Of a stretch of DNA of 64,000 bases, positions 1-12,554 are shown piece after piece. Every line of letters starts with the position of its first letter. Within the stretch, counting starts at the first letter, position 1. Both the position numbers and the translations under genes were made by a program. The notes beneath the pieces are model-generated. The model was given only the letters and a program-made list of their open reading frames with translations, was not told the DNA's origin and ran no database searches. Origin of the DNA: Octopus vulgaris (Eukaryota); contig OX597815.1 of NCBI GenBank assembly GCA_951406725.2, positions 17,484,001-17,548,000 of the forward strand. Reading direction: 5' to 3'.

Positions 1-268
1 TACATACATATTATATATACATACACACATATATATAGACATACACATATATATATATATACACATATATATACATATACACATATATATACATATATAT
101 ATATATATACATATATATACATATATATACATATATATATATACACATATATATATACATATATATACACATATATATACACACATATATATACACATAT
201 ATATATACACACACATATATATATATATACACACATATATATATATATACACACACACACACATATAT

Positions 269-299
<31 letters not shown>

Positions 300-311
300 C
301 ATATATATATA
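1..311. repeat. (TA)n/(CA)n compound microsatellite
   Basis: Alternating TA/CA dinucleotides; explains ORF 11..319. Confidence 0.97.
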
Positions 312-399
312 ATTTTCAAAATAACACATTTTTGAAAGCATATCTCTCTATGAAATGAAACAGACGAGCTTCTAATTAATAATTACATACTCGGGAGTT

Positions 400-881
400 C
401 TTTCGAATTCTTAGTTTTATTAAATTTCGCACTCGTTACAAACTTGCTTAAAAATTTAGCTTCTCATTAGTTTTAATCGTTTTTTATTTCCATAACTTCT
501 TCATCTTCTGATCTCATAATAATCTAAGTATGTTTTGATGAATAATTTCAAAGATTTCGACGTTTGTTGGGGTTAAAAGTCGAGACATGTTTTATCATAT
601 TCTTTTCGTATTTGCTTTTAATTTTTCAAAGTTCTTGAATATCAATTTGCTTCTCTCTTTGAACTGCATTAGTAATTAGATTCAAAGAGTTTTTTTTTTT
701 ATTATTTATTATCAATATTTCTTTCATTTCTTCTAATCTATAATCTTTTGTTGAATTAGTCAAGACTATTCGTCTTGGAAGATATTCGCTTCGCTAAATT
801 ACAATTGTATGGTAACTCGAGTTTGTCTTGGATGACACACGATGTAAATTGGAACAGAATGTTTAAAGTATGTATCAGTTT
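400..881 (-). pseudogene. Decayed Penelope-like element RT C-terminal/linker fragment
   Basis: Minus-strand translation across frameshifts gives KIETDTYFK..CHPRQTRVTI..NLAKRI..RLEEMKEIL..LNLITNAVQR..HVSTFNPN..EIFEIIHQN..TSAKF, matching the PLE RT thumb-to-GIY-YIG linker pattern; appears to resume at about 3019-3035 beyond the Merlin insertion. Confidence 0.75.
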
Positions 882-1330
882 CTATTTTCGAATCTTTTCT
901 GTTGCTGTCACAGGTTCTGAAATTTTAAAATTAGTGAAAGTTTTCAAATTTGGTATATAGATTTAGTTTTTCAAGCTGAATCTGATTTTGTTATTCACTT
1001 GTTCCAGAAAAAGTTTGGAAAAAGTTTTAGAAAAAGTTTGATCATTTTTACCCTATCAGAAAACAAGATTTGGAAGCTGGCATTCTGTGTGAGATAGCTG
1101 TCAGTGACAACATTACAACGACTAACTTGGAAAACGTTTTGAAGTTTTAATAAGTTTTAACGAATAGAATCATGTGAAATGTTGGGACAGGGTGGTAAAC
1201 AATAATAAAAGGAAAAAACCCTCGAAATTTTGTTTTCTTGCAACAAATTACAAACATACAAACTGTACATTAAATTACACAAAAAAATTGTTGTTCAGTT
1301 CATGTAAACAATTAATACAGTTACTACATA

Positions 1331-1565
1331 GTTATTTCTTTATTGCCCACAGGGGGATAAACAAAGAAGGGACAAACAAGGACAGATAAACGGGTTAAGT
1401 CGATTACATCGACCCCAGTGCGTAACTGGTTCTTAATTCATAGACCCCGAAAGGATGAAAGGCAAAGTCGACCTCGGTGGAATTTGAACTCAGAACGTAA
1501 CGGCAGACGAAATACGGCTATGCATTTCGCCCGGCGTGCTAACGTTTCTGCCAGCTCGCTGCCTT
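1331..1565 (-). mobile_element. SINE A monomer inserted in the Merlin element
   Basis: A-box (TGGCAGAAACG) and B-box (GAGTTCAAATTCC) on minus strand; 15-bp TSD TACAGTTACTACATA at 1316-1330 and 1566-1580. Confidence 0.92.
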
Positions 1566-1654
1566 TACAGTTACTACATATTTTGGAGCAAAAATTCAGA
1601 AAGGAATGCTTGAGATACACTCTATGAGTTTCTCCTCAAGCAAATTACAATTTT

Positions 1655-2482
1655 CATATCTCCTGCGCCACATAAACTCGCAGAGATACGAGTCAACCAT
1701 AGAACGGTGGCTCCCACAGCATTGTTTATTACCTTGTTTTATACAGGCCCATGTACTTTTTCCACTCGTTGCATGTGGGGAGCATCTTTCGTATTAATAA
1801 CCTCAACGCTGTGATTCACAGTTCTATGTCAAAAATTCTAACCATCAATTTCAAGTATGTGAGAATAGGTCCTCTATAAATTACTGAAAATTCTGGTTCC
1901 TGGAAGAATTGACTAACGTATGCATTCCTCTAGTGTGTTGTGATTCCGTCATGGCACCGCATAAAGAAAAAAACATTGGACTCGCGACACCTCCGAAAAC
2001 CTAATGCTCAGGCAGCAAACATTTTTCTGCGGTTGTATTTGCGTCTTGAGAAGACTGTTTGGTCTATCTTAACAACCTTCCTATGTTAGCCTATCTGAAA
2101 CAGGTCCTCCGCAACTATTGTAATCAACAGTTGTACAGTGGATCATCCCCAGTTCTTCAACGCAAAACCGGACTAAAGTCAATCCCTTGACCTATGAGTG
2201 AAAGAGAAAAATCAGTACAGTCCTGAGAGGAAGAGTGCCACCTTCCAACCATGTATCCTTTTTGATAGTAATGACAGTAAATTTTCCCGTGAAGCATCTT
2301 CTTGTTCCTTTTGTGCATAATTTTCTTTTGGTGTCCTTTTGTGCATAATTTTCTTTTATGGATAATATCCTTCTCTTGCAAGTATAGAAACGCATCTTAA
2401 CGGTTTTCAATTTCTCTATCGTATTCGAAAGGTTAATCGAGTTGGCTGCAGTCATACTTCCATTTAGGTTAAAAAGGTCCAT
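1655..2482 (-). pseudogene. Merlin/IS1016-family DDE transposase pseudogene
   Basis: Motifs in order: LQEKDIIHKRKLCTKGH, IKKDTWLEGGTLPLRTVL, VVKIDQTVFSRRKYNR, *VFGGV, ILPGTRIFSNL*RTY, HRTVNHS, HMQRVE, DSYLCEFMWRR; several stops and frameshifts. Confidence 0.9.
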
Positions 2483-3039
2483 GGAAACACAAAGTTCAAA
2501 ATTATGAAAACGAGGTCGACAGGACAGCAACCGAAAATATCAGTTCGTTTCTCATGAATAATAAATATATAAATAAATAAATAAATAAATAAATAAAAAG
2601 GTGAAAATGACGAAAATGTGATAGTGAATGGACTGCAACTAAATATATTCCTTTCTCATAAATCACAGGTAAAAATGATAAAAATGTGGTACAAACGGTC
2701 AGAAAAAAAAAGGCACTTGTCCAAGAAAATAGATAGATAAATACAATACACGTGGTTGGAGTTTTAAGCAGGCTATACCTTGACTTGTCACTATGGAAAC
2801 CAGAACCAATATGTCTGTGGCTTTCGATTGGTTAAAATTACCCAAAATTTGAAAAATTTTAAAGCTATTCAGATTTTATTTATTAATTTATGGCAAAAAT
2901 GAATTTCATTTCCATAATTAGCATTCAAAACTACATCAGTATACTAATTTTGAAAACAACTGGAACGAAATTAAAAGAATTGAAAACTGAGACAGCAACA
3001 GAAAAGATTCCTAATTTCCTATCACTAGCATACCCACCA

Positions 3040-3405
3040 CAATGGCCCAGTGGTTAGGGCAGCGGACTCGCGGTCGTAGGATCGCGGTTTCGATTTCCAG
3101 ACAAGGCGTTGTGAGTGTTTATTGAGCGAAAACACCTAAAGCTCTACGAGGCTCCGGCAGGGGATGGTGGTGATCCCTGCTGTACTCTTTCACCACAACT
3201 TTCTCTCACTCTTACTTCCTGTTTCTGTTGTACCTGTATTTCAAAGGGCCGGCCTTGTCACTCTCTGTGTGACGCTGAATATCCCCGTTAAGGGTACACG
3301 TGTCTGTGGAGTGCTCAGCCACTTACACGTTAATTTCACGAGCAGGCTGTTCCGTTGATCGGGTCAACCGGAACCCTCATCGTCGTAACCGACGGAGTGC
3401 TTCCA
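3040..3405 (+). mobile_element. SINE C (tRNA-derived)
   Basis: A-box TGGCCCAGTGG, B-box-like GTTTCGATT; near-identical to copies at 28028 and 59361. Confidence 0.9.
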
Positions 3406-3477
3406 TTCCATTCCATACCCACCACCAAAAAAAAAATAATAAGCCTTTGAAACTTCCATCAGTCCTTGTTGTCAGTG

Positions 3478-3559
3478 TGCGCATGCGCCATTGTGTTGTG
3501 CACTGAAGAAGATAACCGGTTGTGTTTAGCCTGCCAAAAGAAGCCGCTGCAAGGTAAGG
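3478..3559 (+). promoter_or_regulatory. Possible Pol II promoter / first exon: NRF1-type motif plus splice donor
   Basis: TGCGCATGCGC at 3478-3488 overlapping YY1-like CGCCAT; AAG|GTAAGG at 3553/3554; motif evidence only. Confidence 0.3.
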
Positions 3560-4107
3560 CTTTTCTCTTGGACCCGGTGAGGGTCGTTGTCTGTGCTTAT
3601 ATATTTTACAAATAGGGAATCCTCACTGAATTCAGCATGTTGTTCTACTTGTGTTTCAGTAATATGGTCCATAGTAAATGAAGATTTTTTTCTCATTATA
3701 TGGTGGGCGTATCCTTCAGATACTTTGTTTCTACAACAACATTTACCATTATTGGAAAACTGTATTTCAAGTGTTCACATGAAGTGAAAATTTATTTTTC
3801 TCATTGTGACAAATATAGTTTGGTGACTATCCTTGCCACCGAAAATCGTTCGCCGTTTTTAAATAGTGTGTAATTTACGACTACGTTGGAAAGCTGTATT
3901 CAAGTGGAGCAGTCCAGGTTCGAATTGGAGTACCATAAGGGCTTGGAGTACATGAATGCCCAGAAGATTTTTTTGCTGTGCTTTCTTTTTTTGAACTATT
4001 GTTTTCTTCTTCTATTGTGACTTTTTATTGAACTGTTTATTTTTTTTATTTATTTCTTCTTCCCTTTTGTTTTCTTTTGAATTATCTCTTTCCTTTTTTG
4101 TGAACTA

Positions 4108-4467
4108 TTGCTTTGGACATGGCAAAGAAATACGGATAAGATTGTGTGGGAGATTGTCCCACCGAAGCAGTGGTTAAAGTATATGGAGGAGAGGATGGTG
4201 GGGGTTAGAACTTATTCTAAAGTTCTGGATTCTATCACTGTCTTCCCAAAACCAGTTATAGAAAATGAACTGAAAGTCTATTTGTCCTCTGTGAAATACA
4301 TATCCCGCGGTGTCAAACATGCAACCGTATGGTTGCTGTTCGACTCCCGGGAAAAGGCTCTTAAATGTAAGGGTATTGCTGGCTGTCGATTGGGAAGAGT
4401 CAAAAGCGATTTTGACCCTGTGGACCCCATCGGCCGCAACAGATATGGTTTTTCCAGATTTTTTTAA
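4108..4467 (+). pseudogene. Possible L1/Tx1-type ORF1 N-terminal fragment
   Basis: Non-repetitive 119-aa ORF with RRM-like pattern (RTYSKVLDSITVFPK..ISRGVKHATVWLLFDSREKA); family assignment is inference. Confidence 0.4.
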
Positions 4468-4597
4468 ATGGCTGACTGCAGTTATCCGGTGATACTTGAA
4501 GGACGTCCCCCCCCCCCCCAGTGTCACTCGTGCCTGCAGCCAAGATAAGTTAAGTATTACTGTCTGGGAGATTTTCTTATGGTAGTGAAAGACTAGT

Positions 4598-4778
4598 TTT
4601 AACTGCTATTTCTAAAATTTCGGTGTGTGGTGGAGCAAATTTTGCTGAACCCTAATTATAATTATGCTCATAATTATAGAATTTTTGTATAAGTTTACCG
4701 ATAATTGTTCTTTTAACATACCGAACTACTTGGTAAACTTATTAATTATCAATTAATTAATTAATTTTACCCTTTATT
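4598..4778 (+). repeat. Family F repeat (PLE pseudo-LTR-like 3' end)
   Basis: Shares CTGCTATTTCTAAA..GGT(G/A)TGTGGT..TTGCTGAACCCTA..CTTGGT(A/G)AA with 15767 and 63637 copies; ends at (TA)n. Confidence 0.7.
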
Positions 4779-4791
4779 TTATATATATATA

Positions 4792-5194
4792 TGTGTGGTA
4801 AGTAGCTTGCTAACCAGCCACATAGTTCCGGGTTCAGTCCCACTGCGTGGCATCTTGGGCAAGTGTCTTCTGCTATAGCCCCGGGCCGACCAATGCCTTG
4901 TGAGTGGATTTGGTAGACGGAAACTGAAAGAAGCCTGTCGTATATATGTATATATGTATTTATGTGTGTATGTGTGTGTATGTTTGTGTGTCTGTGTTTG
5001 TCCTCTTAGCATTGCTTGACAACCGATGCTGGTGTGTTTACGTCCCCGTCACTTAGCGGTTCGGCAAAAGAGACCGATAGAATAAGTACTGGGCTTACAA
5101 AGAATAAGTCCCGGGGTCGATTTGCTCGACTAAAGGCGGTGCTCCAGCATGGCCGCAGTCAAATGACTGAAACAAGTAAAAGAGTAAAAGAGTA

Positions 5195-5195
<1 letters not shown>
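4792..5195 (+). mobile_element. SINE B (tRNA head, CORE-like segment, internal microsatellite)
   Basis: B-box GGTTCAGTCCC, CTTGGGCAAGTGTCTT segment, (TA/TG)n middle, tail GGCGGTGCTCCAGCATGGCC..(GTAAAAGA)n. Confidence 0.9.
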
Positions 5196-5226
<31 letters not shown>

Positions 5227-5722
5227 AATTGTATAATTACTACTTCTGAGGTTCCCCTAGCTATGAGACAAATTTGACCAGGATTTTATCTACTCTATTC
5301 CCTAATTTCAAATGTTTATTCGCATATACAGCAACCCCAGTTGCTAACCCTCTTTCAGCCTATCGTACTTCGACACAGAAAAAATTCTCAACATTCTGCG
5401 CCAATAAACCACTATTGTTCCTGAAAGTTGTTTTTATACTTTCTACAGACCGCTCGAAGCTTACTAACTTCCTACACTTTGATTCTTTGATCTTAACTTT
5501 ATATACGTGTGTCTATGTGTGTGTGTGTGTGTGTGTGTGTACATATGCGTTTGTGTGTATTTGTTCCCTTGACCGGTGTTGGTGTGTTTATGTCCAGATA
5601 ACTTTGTGATTCGGCAAAAGAGTCGATGGAATCAGTACCAGGCTTAAAGTAAGTATTGGGTTGATTCATTCGACTAAAATTTTTCAAGGTGATGCGCCTA
5701 GTCACTTGAAGCAAGTAAAAGA

Positions 5723-5768
<46 letters not shown>

Positions 5769-5892
5769 AATATTAAAATTACTAAGGCTCTCTAAAGGAG
5801 ATTACGGCAGCGTTACTGGAAATTAATAGTTATCGCCATACTAATATGCCAATCTTATAAATATAAGACTAAAGCTGTCGATGATTAGCTCC

Positions 5893-6063
5893 ATATATAC
5901 GACGGGTTTCTTTCAGTTTCCGTCTACCAAATCCACTCACAAGACATTAATCGGCCCGGGGCTATAGTAGAAGACACTTGCCCAAGATGCCACGCAGTGG
6001 GACTGAACCCGGAGCCATGTGGTTGGTAAACAAGCTACTTACCACACAGCCACTCCTGCGCCT
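5893..6063 (-). mobile_element. SINE B 5' half
   Basis: Reverse complement of SINE B head up to the internal microsatellite. Confidence 0.88.
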
Positions 6064-6193
6064 GTTTACGGATGATCAACCCTATTCGTTTACCGGGAAG
6101 GAAACAATCGATTATATCCACAACAGTGTTGACTGAGATGTATTTTATCGGACTCAGAAAGATCAAAGTTAACATCAACTTCGGAGAAAATTT

Positions 6194-6471
6194 GGATCTT
6201 TTCGGTTTGAACGGCAGTTTTTAACATAATTTCTAGGTAACGTCTATTGAGGTGAAAACATTCTGTGCCGTATGAATATGTCCCTCGTTTAAGAAACAGA
6301 TTGGATTTATTTACATTTGTGAAGAAAAAAAGATACCTTTCCCCCCACCCCTAACCCTAACTAACCCTAAAACAGATTGAAATGCAATAGATCGATACTA
6401 GGGTCATAATTATGGGTGACAATTTCAAATGACACCGCTAGAAAAAACTGCCGTTCAAACCGAAACGATCC
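6194..6471. mobile_element. Merlin-type MITE family D, internally deleted
   Basis: TIR GGATCTTTTCGGTTTGAACGGCAG; perfect 8-bp TSD GAAAATTT (6186-6193, 6472-6479); sits inside a decayed SINE A. Confidence 0.9.
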
Positions 6472-7010
6472 GAAAATTTGAACTCAAACCAGAAAGAACT
6501 GTAACTAAATACAGCAAAGTATTTTATCGAGCATTCTAATGATTCAACCAATCTACTACCCTTAAAGGATCGATATGTTATGTATATTTACTGATATAAG
6601 TTAACGAATATATCAATCTGATACTGCGTTTGATTCTAATTTCTTGTCACTTCTACGCTAGACAAGGATGCGTCACTCGTCTACGTTAATTGTAACTTAT
6701 TAAATATGCAATATGTCCAGCCACGTTACTTTATTGCCTTCGTTAGCTTGTTTACATCAGCTAAATCACGGCTTTAGGAACTTTGCGATAAGCACTTGGA
6801 AAATATTCTAGAAATACATTTTGATTACGAAAGCTTAAACGGCTTATAAAGCTGTTAATGTAATTTAAGAGGATATATGGAAAAGTATGGTAAACACAAG
6901 ACACAGATCAAACGTGTGTGTGTAAATACATATATAACTTTTATCCCGCAATGCCTGTTGCTTGCATCCAGCAATCCCTCATTCCACATGTGCTCTCTCA
7001 TTTCGATATC

Positions 7011-8117
7011 TATTTATTTACTACCCACAAGGGGGCTAAACACAGAGGAGACAAACAAGGACAGACACACGGATTAAGTCGATTACATCGACCCCAGTGC
7101 ATAACTGGTACTTAATTTATCGACCCCGAAAGGATGAAAGGCAAAGTCGACCTCGGCGGAATTTGAACTCAGAACGTAACGGCAGACGAAATACCTATTT
7201 CTTTACTACCCATAAGGGGCTAAACACAGAGGGGACAAACAAGGACAGACACACGGATTAAGTCGATTACATCGACCCCAGTGCGTAACTGGTACTTTAT
7301 TTATCGACCCCGAAAGGATGAAAGGCAAAGTCGATCTCGGCGGAATTTTCGACTCAGAACGTAACGGCAGACGAAATACCTATTTCTTTACTACCCACAA
7401 GGGGCTAAACACAGAGGGAACAAACAAGGACACACACGGATTAAGTCGATTACATCGATCCCAGTGCGTAACCCGAAAGGATGAATGGCAAAGTCGACCT
7501 CGGCGGAATTTGAACTCAGAACGTAACGGCAGACGAAATACCTATTTCTTTACTACCCACAAGGGGCTAAACACAGAGGGGACAAACAAGGACAGACACA
7601 CGGATTAAGTCGATTACATCGACCCCAGTGCGTAGCTGGTACTTAATTTATCGACCCCGAAATGATGAAAGGCAAAGTCGACCTCGGCGGAATTTGAACT
7701 CAGAACGTAACGGCAGACGAAATACCTATTTCTTTACTACCCACAAGGGGCTAAACACAGAGGGGACAAACAAGGACAGACACACGGATTAAGTCGATTA
7801 CATCGACCTCAGTGCGTAACTGGTACTTAATTTATCGACCCCGAAAGGATGAAAGGCATAGTCGACCTCGGCGGAATTTGAACTCAGAACGTAACAGCAG
7901 ACGAAATACCTATTTCTTTACTACCCACAAGGGGCTAAACACAGAGGGGACAAACAAGGACAGACACACGGATTAAGTCGATTACATCGACCTCAGTGCG
8001 TAACTGGTACTTAATTTATCGACCCCGAAAGGATGAAAGGCATAGTCGACCTCGGCGGAATTTGAACTCAGAACGTAACGGCAGACTAAATACGGCTACG
8101 CATTTTGCCCGGCGTAT
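7011..8117 (-). mobile_element. SINE A hexamer
   Basis: Units start at 7011, 7196, 7381, 7543, 7727, 7911 (about 184 bp, one internally deleted); 17-bp TSD TCTCTCATTTCGATATC at 6994-7010 and 8118-8134. Confidence 0.95.
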
Positions 8118-9244
8118 TCTCTCATTTCGATATCATCCACGCTTCTCCATCCACCATGTTCCTCTCACTTCGACTACTTTTGTTGAAGGTCTTATGACCG
8201 AACCGATTTCTTTCAATTCAGTTTTACTGATATCTGTTATATCAATTGTCTGTTTATCTGTTCAATATCGTCTTTACAAATGAAGTAACTGTCTCCTGTC
8301 GTATCCTTTTTGTTGTCTTGAAACACCTCAGTTATCATATATAGTTTTTTCGTTTTGTTTTCGATCTGTGTCTAATAATTTTAACCTTGGCAATTGTATT
8401 GATTTGATTCAGTTCTATGCGAATATTCGCAGGAGTTTATCAAACTCGAATAACATACTTGATCTATGATCCCATATTGTAATCACATGTTTGTGTATGT
8501 ATTTGTGTATATCTATACTCTAATAGAGAAAGCTACTTATTAATTAGCTATGTAACAATTACTAAAAGTACTAAAAGAAAGGAATTATTAAAGGGTTGAC
8601 TGTCTGGAAATATCTTTTATAAATTCATGTTCGTAGAAATTTCCTATAATTTCGATTTCTCAAGTTTCTTGAATTTTTTTAACTCCAATTTCTCGCAAAT
8701 TTAAATATTCATTGCATTCACTGCGGAGCATTCCATCCTCATTTGTAATCTCCCACTTTCTCTTTTAAGTTTTCATTCACTATTTGGAAAACCGACAGAT
8801 TATTCTATTAATGTATACATAATTTATTATTTATTGCATGGAAAGTTTCAAAATACCCGTATAATTTTTGAACGCGTGGTAGCTGTGAGAAGAGTCTAGA
8901 AAGCTGGTTAATTACTATTAGAAGACGAGGAGAAAGAAAAGTTACCGACAAGTACTTGAAGCTTGCACCTCATTTACGGTTTCCAAACACTCTGTAGCAC
9001 TAAACCAACAATATATACACAAGCAAGTCGCACGAGCGACTTCAACAGTGACGCACTCGCGCACACACACATAGATGCACATACACACAAATGAAAGGCA
9101 ATGAATGTGCGTGTGGGGGCTGCTGTTCACAGACAAAGCTTCGTGCTGCATTACTTTTGCGAAGTTTTGTCAGTGAGCAGATCGCGGTTCCAAAGCGAAG
9201 AAAATATTTTGCCACAAATGAAATTTTAATGTTGAAGTGAAACT

Positions 9245-9464
9245 GATACTACTTGAATACAGAGGTCACTTAACGGTTCTACTTAAATACAGAGGTACTA
9301 CTTAAATATAGGGGTTACGTACAAAACGTTTTAAATGTACGCTGTGTGGATGTGTAATGACACCCTAACCATAACTAACCCTAAAGACTATCTCTAAAAC
9401 TAACCTTCCCTCCCCTTCATATCGTTACATAGATGCATCGGGACATCTGTATTTAAGTAGTGCC
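9245..9464. mobile_element. Second Merlin-type MITE
   Basis: TIR GGCACTACTTAAATACAGA-like (left end present in three tandem copies); TSD GTGAAACT (9237-9244) / GTAAAACT (9465-9472); internal CCCTAACC repeats. Confidence 0.7.
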
Positions 9465-12333
9465 GTAAAACTAACGGTTTCTGTGCGTTCCTGGATGGCT
9501 TGCAAAAATTTAAGCTGCAATTGTTTTTGTTTCAGCACACGATCTCAGATCAAGTCACTTGCTATGCAAGTACATCTCAGTAATTCTTTTATAAATCACT
9601 GTGGATAAACGCCAGCAATGAGCTTCTCAGGCACTCCAATATTTTAATTTCTCAACAGAAACAATCGGGAGCAGGGACTGGGATTGCAAGAAATTCATCA
9701 CTTCTCAAATTTTCTTTTTTTATAGCATATAAATGTATTTATGGAGAAAAAATATTGAAAAGCATCAATTCATGCGAGAGTGATAAAGAAACGAGGGAGG
9801 TTCTTTTTGAATATGCTAGAAACAACAGCCAAATCGCCCTTAAATATTACCAATTTAAAAAAAAATACCGAAAATGCTCTTCCCAAGGTTTTGAAGTGCA
9901 AAAAGAATTAGCCAAAATAGGTCCTGAGTGGGATGATGAGGAAGGGGGTGTAAAAAGTTTACAAAACTTTTTTCATACAAAGAAGCCCCTACCCCTTCAT
10001 TTCGAAGGCTGTAGATTAAAAAAAAAATGAAGAAAATCCCTGAAGACATTTTCCCCACAAATTTTCTTATAATCGTAATCTATGCTGTTTGAAAGGAATT
10101 TGTATAACAAACATTTTAAAGGTTGCAAATTCACGTCTAGTGAATGAACTATGCATTGTGCATAGGTGCAACGCTAAGCTGTCGATAGCTTAGACTTTCT
10201 GGCTACTAGAAGATACACAATATTTTCGTAATAAGTGGAAGCACTATATTATTGATGAGTGTTACACTGGCATTAAACTTCTTCCATGGATAAGATTGTT
10301 GAGGATCGGTTACACGAAGACGTAGGTACTCACATAAATGAAATGAAATGAACAATAATTCCTCATCGGCTGAGCTGGCATGTGACCCATTAATGTCAAT
10401 CTATATCCAAATAAATAGACAGAACAGAGAGGTGAGATGGTAAAGCTATATAATAAAATAAAACAGCTAAAGAGATGCGATTTGTTATGGCAATAATTAA
10501 GTATAAAAGCTGATGTAGACTACTATAAAATTCAACGAGTGATGATCACTTCTAGAATGCCAGGATCTTTGAAACAATAAGTATTCAGTGTCGAATGAGA
10601 TTCAATGTTGCCATGCATTATACTCTTCCAGAAAGGAGTGTAGAAGAACAGTTTCTGATACCAAGACTCAAGTATTCACTTCTGTTGCAGACACAACCAG
10701 ACACTGCAGATTTACAGAGACAGACTGGTCAGTGGACCCACAAAAGATAACATGTCACCCTGATAATACGAGCGTGTTGCTTTTATTTCGTACAGCTTCG
10801 CAGTTTTATCTGTTTCATCAGTGCTTGTCTGGGACGCCATAACAGCAAACACCAGCAAAGAACAATTCATAGTAATAATTTCCTACGTCACACAACTATA
10901 CTTTCATTGACTAAACCTTACCTTTACCAGAAACATGATCTCTATCCTATATTTTGCCTCCAATTACTAACGGACATTTTTGGAAAGTGCAACAATTTAT
11001 TGTTGCTATGGGCGGATACAATACGAGTAGATCCGAAAAGGCCAAATATCAAGTAAACAAAGTACGAATGTAGTATAGCATATTCTTCGTTCCGAGCTAA
11101 AAGCTAAAATTTCAGCTATTTTATACGTACGTAGAGAATTAAAACTAATATATTAAAAATACCAATTGATAAAACAATTAAAGCATGAGAAAGGAGATTG
11201 GGCAACCGATGAGGATTGACAATTCACATCGGGTATTCTTGACCTTTTACAAAAATGTTAGACATTAGCGAATTCTTTTGCACTTTCTGTCTCTGAAGTA
11301 TCTTTTTTTTTATATCGTCAATGTTCGTGATATTTATTCAAACTGAAACTGTATACCTCTGATAAATTGTCGATTGCAATTTCGTATTCTAAACAATAGA
11401 TTTGAATCGTATATCTGTTAATCGATCCACATGAGAATTTCATTGGTGCTCAAATAATTTTTCTTACGTGTATGGTAGCAGATGTCGAAAGAGGAGTTTG
11501 AATTTGCATGAGTCAGTATCAGCAAGAGAAAATTTTTCTTCTTACACACGGAAATTATTTTAGTGGAGAAGTAAAGAGAAGAGTGGATCTTCCTACGTCT
11601 AATCATGCAAGGCATTAACGACAAAAGTGAAGTGGATTTTGACTGAGAATCGAAACGGAATGGCTTTCTAAGAACTCTACGCAACACTTCGTATATTACA
11701 GTCGGAATATTGATTTCTTATATTAGCACACATGGTCCATAAATTTGTTTGAGAAGAGTTTAGTCGGTAGAATAATAATATTATTACAAAATTATTGGGT
11801 TTTTTTTTTTTTGATCCCCTCATCTCAACTCTTGAAAATCAACCCAAGTGGGATTTTAATTTAGACCAGAAATAACTAAATGATGCAAGTTGCTTCTGTC
11901 CGGAGCTCTAGCTCTGCAAGTTCTATCATTCACTTATTTTGATTGCCATTAGAATTATTACACTGCCAAAGGAGAAAAAAAAAACACTTTTGAGTGTACA
12001 ATAAATATCACATTGCAAAGACCACTTCTAGTAAGGGCACAAAGATACATTAGAGGGAATGGCGCAGTTGATTATATCTACTCCAATGATTTTACTGACC
12101 GTAATTTTATCGACGTTGGGAAATAGATGTCAAAGTTGACTTTGATCGGATTTGAACGCTCAGTATTATACTCACAAGCTTAATTGGTCATTCCTCGCTA
12201 TATTTTCCAGTGCAATATATTTCTTATTCAGGACAACCGAGCTATGTTACTTTCATTGACTCCTCCAAATGTCACACTCCGAGATCCCTTTGTGTTTGAT
12301 ATCCTAGTTACTCTACCGCCCTTCCAATCTTAA

Positions 12334-12554
12334 CCCTTTCGTTACTGTATTTATTTTGAGATGCTCTGTGTTTCTTCCAATTATTTTAAATATAAGAAAG
12401 AATTTAGTAAAATAACATCGTTATCATTGAGCTAGTGTTAGGAGCATAAATTGTGACTAAAATTTGGTGGAAATTTTGAATTCAAAACTTATGAAAACAA
12501 GACATTTATACTAAAGAGCCAGAGCCGGTTTCAGCCGGGTTGGTAACAAAAGGG
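12334..12554. mobile_element. piggyBac-type MITE
   Basis: TTAA|CCCTTTCGTTAC ... GTAACAAAAGGG; right TTAA not preserved. Confidence 0.65.

Larger units (their letters stand above)
890..3010 (-). mobile_element. Merlin (IS1016-like) DNA transposon, full length, decayed
   Basis: Imperfect TIRs of about 85 bp starting GAATCTTTTCTGTTGCTGTC at 890 and ending at 3010; 8-bp TSD CTATTTTC (882-889) / CTAATTTC (3011-3018); internal transposase remnant. Confidence 0.88.

Noticed and set aside
6345-6372. Telomere or chromosome-fusion signal from CCCTAA repeats
   Set aside because: Only a few repeats, always internal to MITEs
7011-8117. CRISPR-like regular array
   Set aside because: Whole 184-bp units repeat with no unique spacers, no cas genes, eukaryotic SINE context
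9755-10030. 91-aa lysine-rich ORF
   Set aside because: Non-ATG start, no recognisable motif or splice signals
10560-10860. Moderately GC-rich exon-like block
   Set aside because: No recognisable protein or convincing splice pair in any frame
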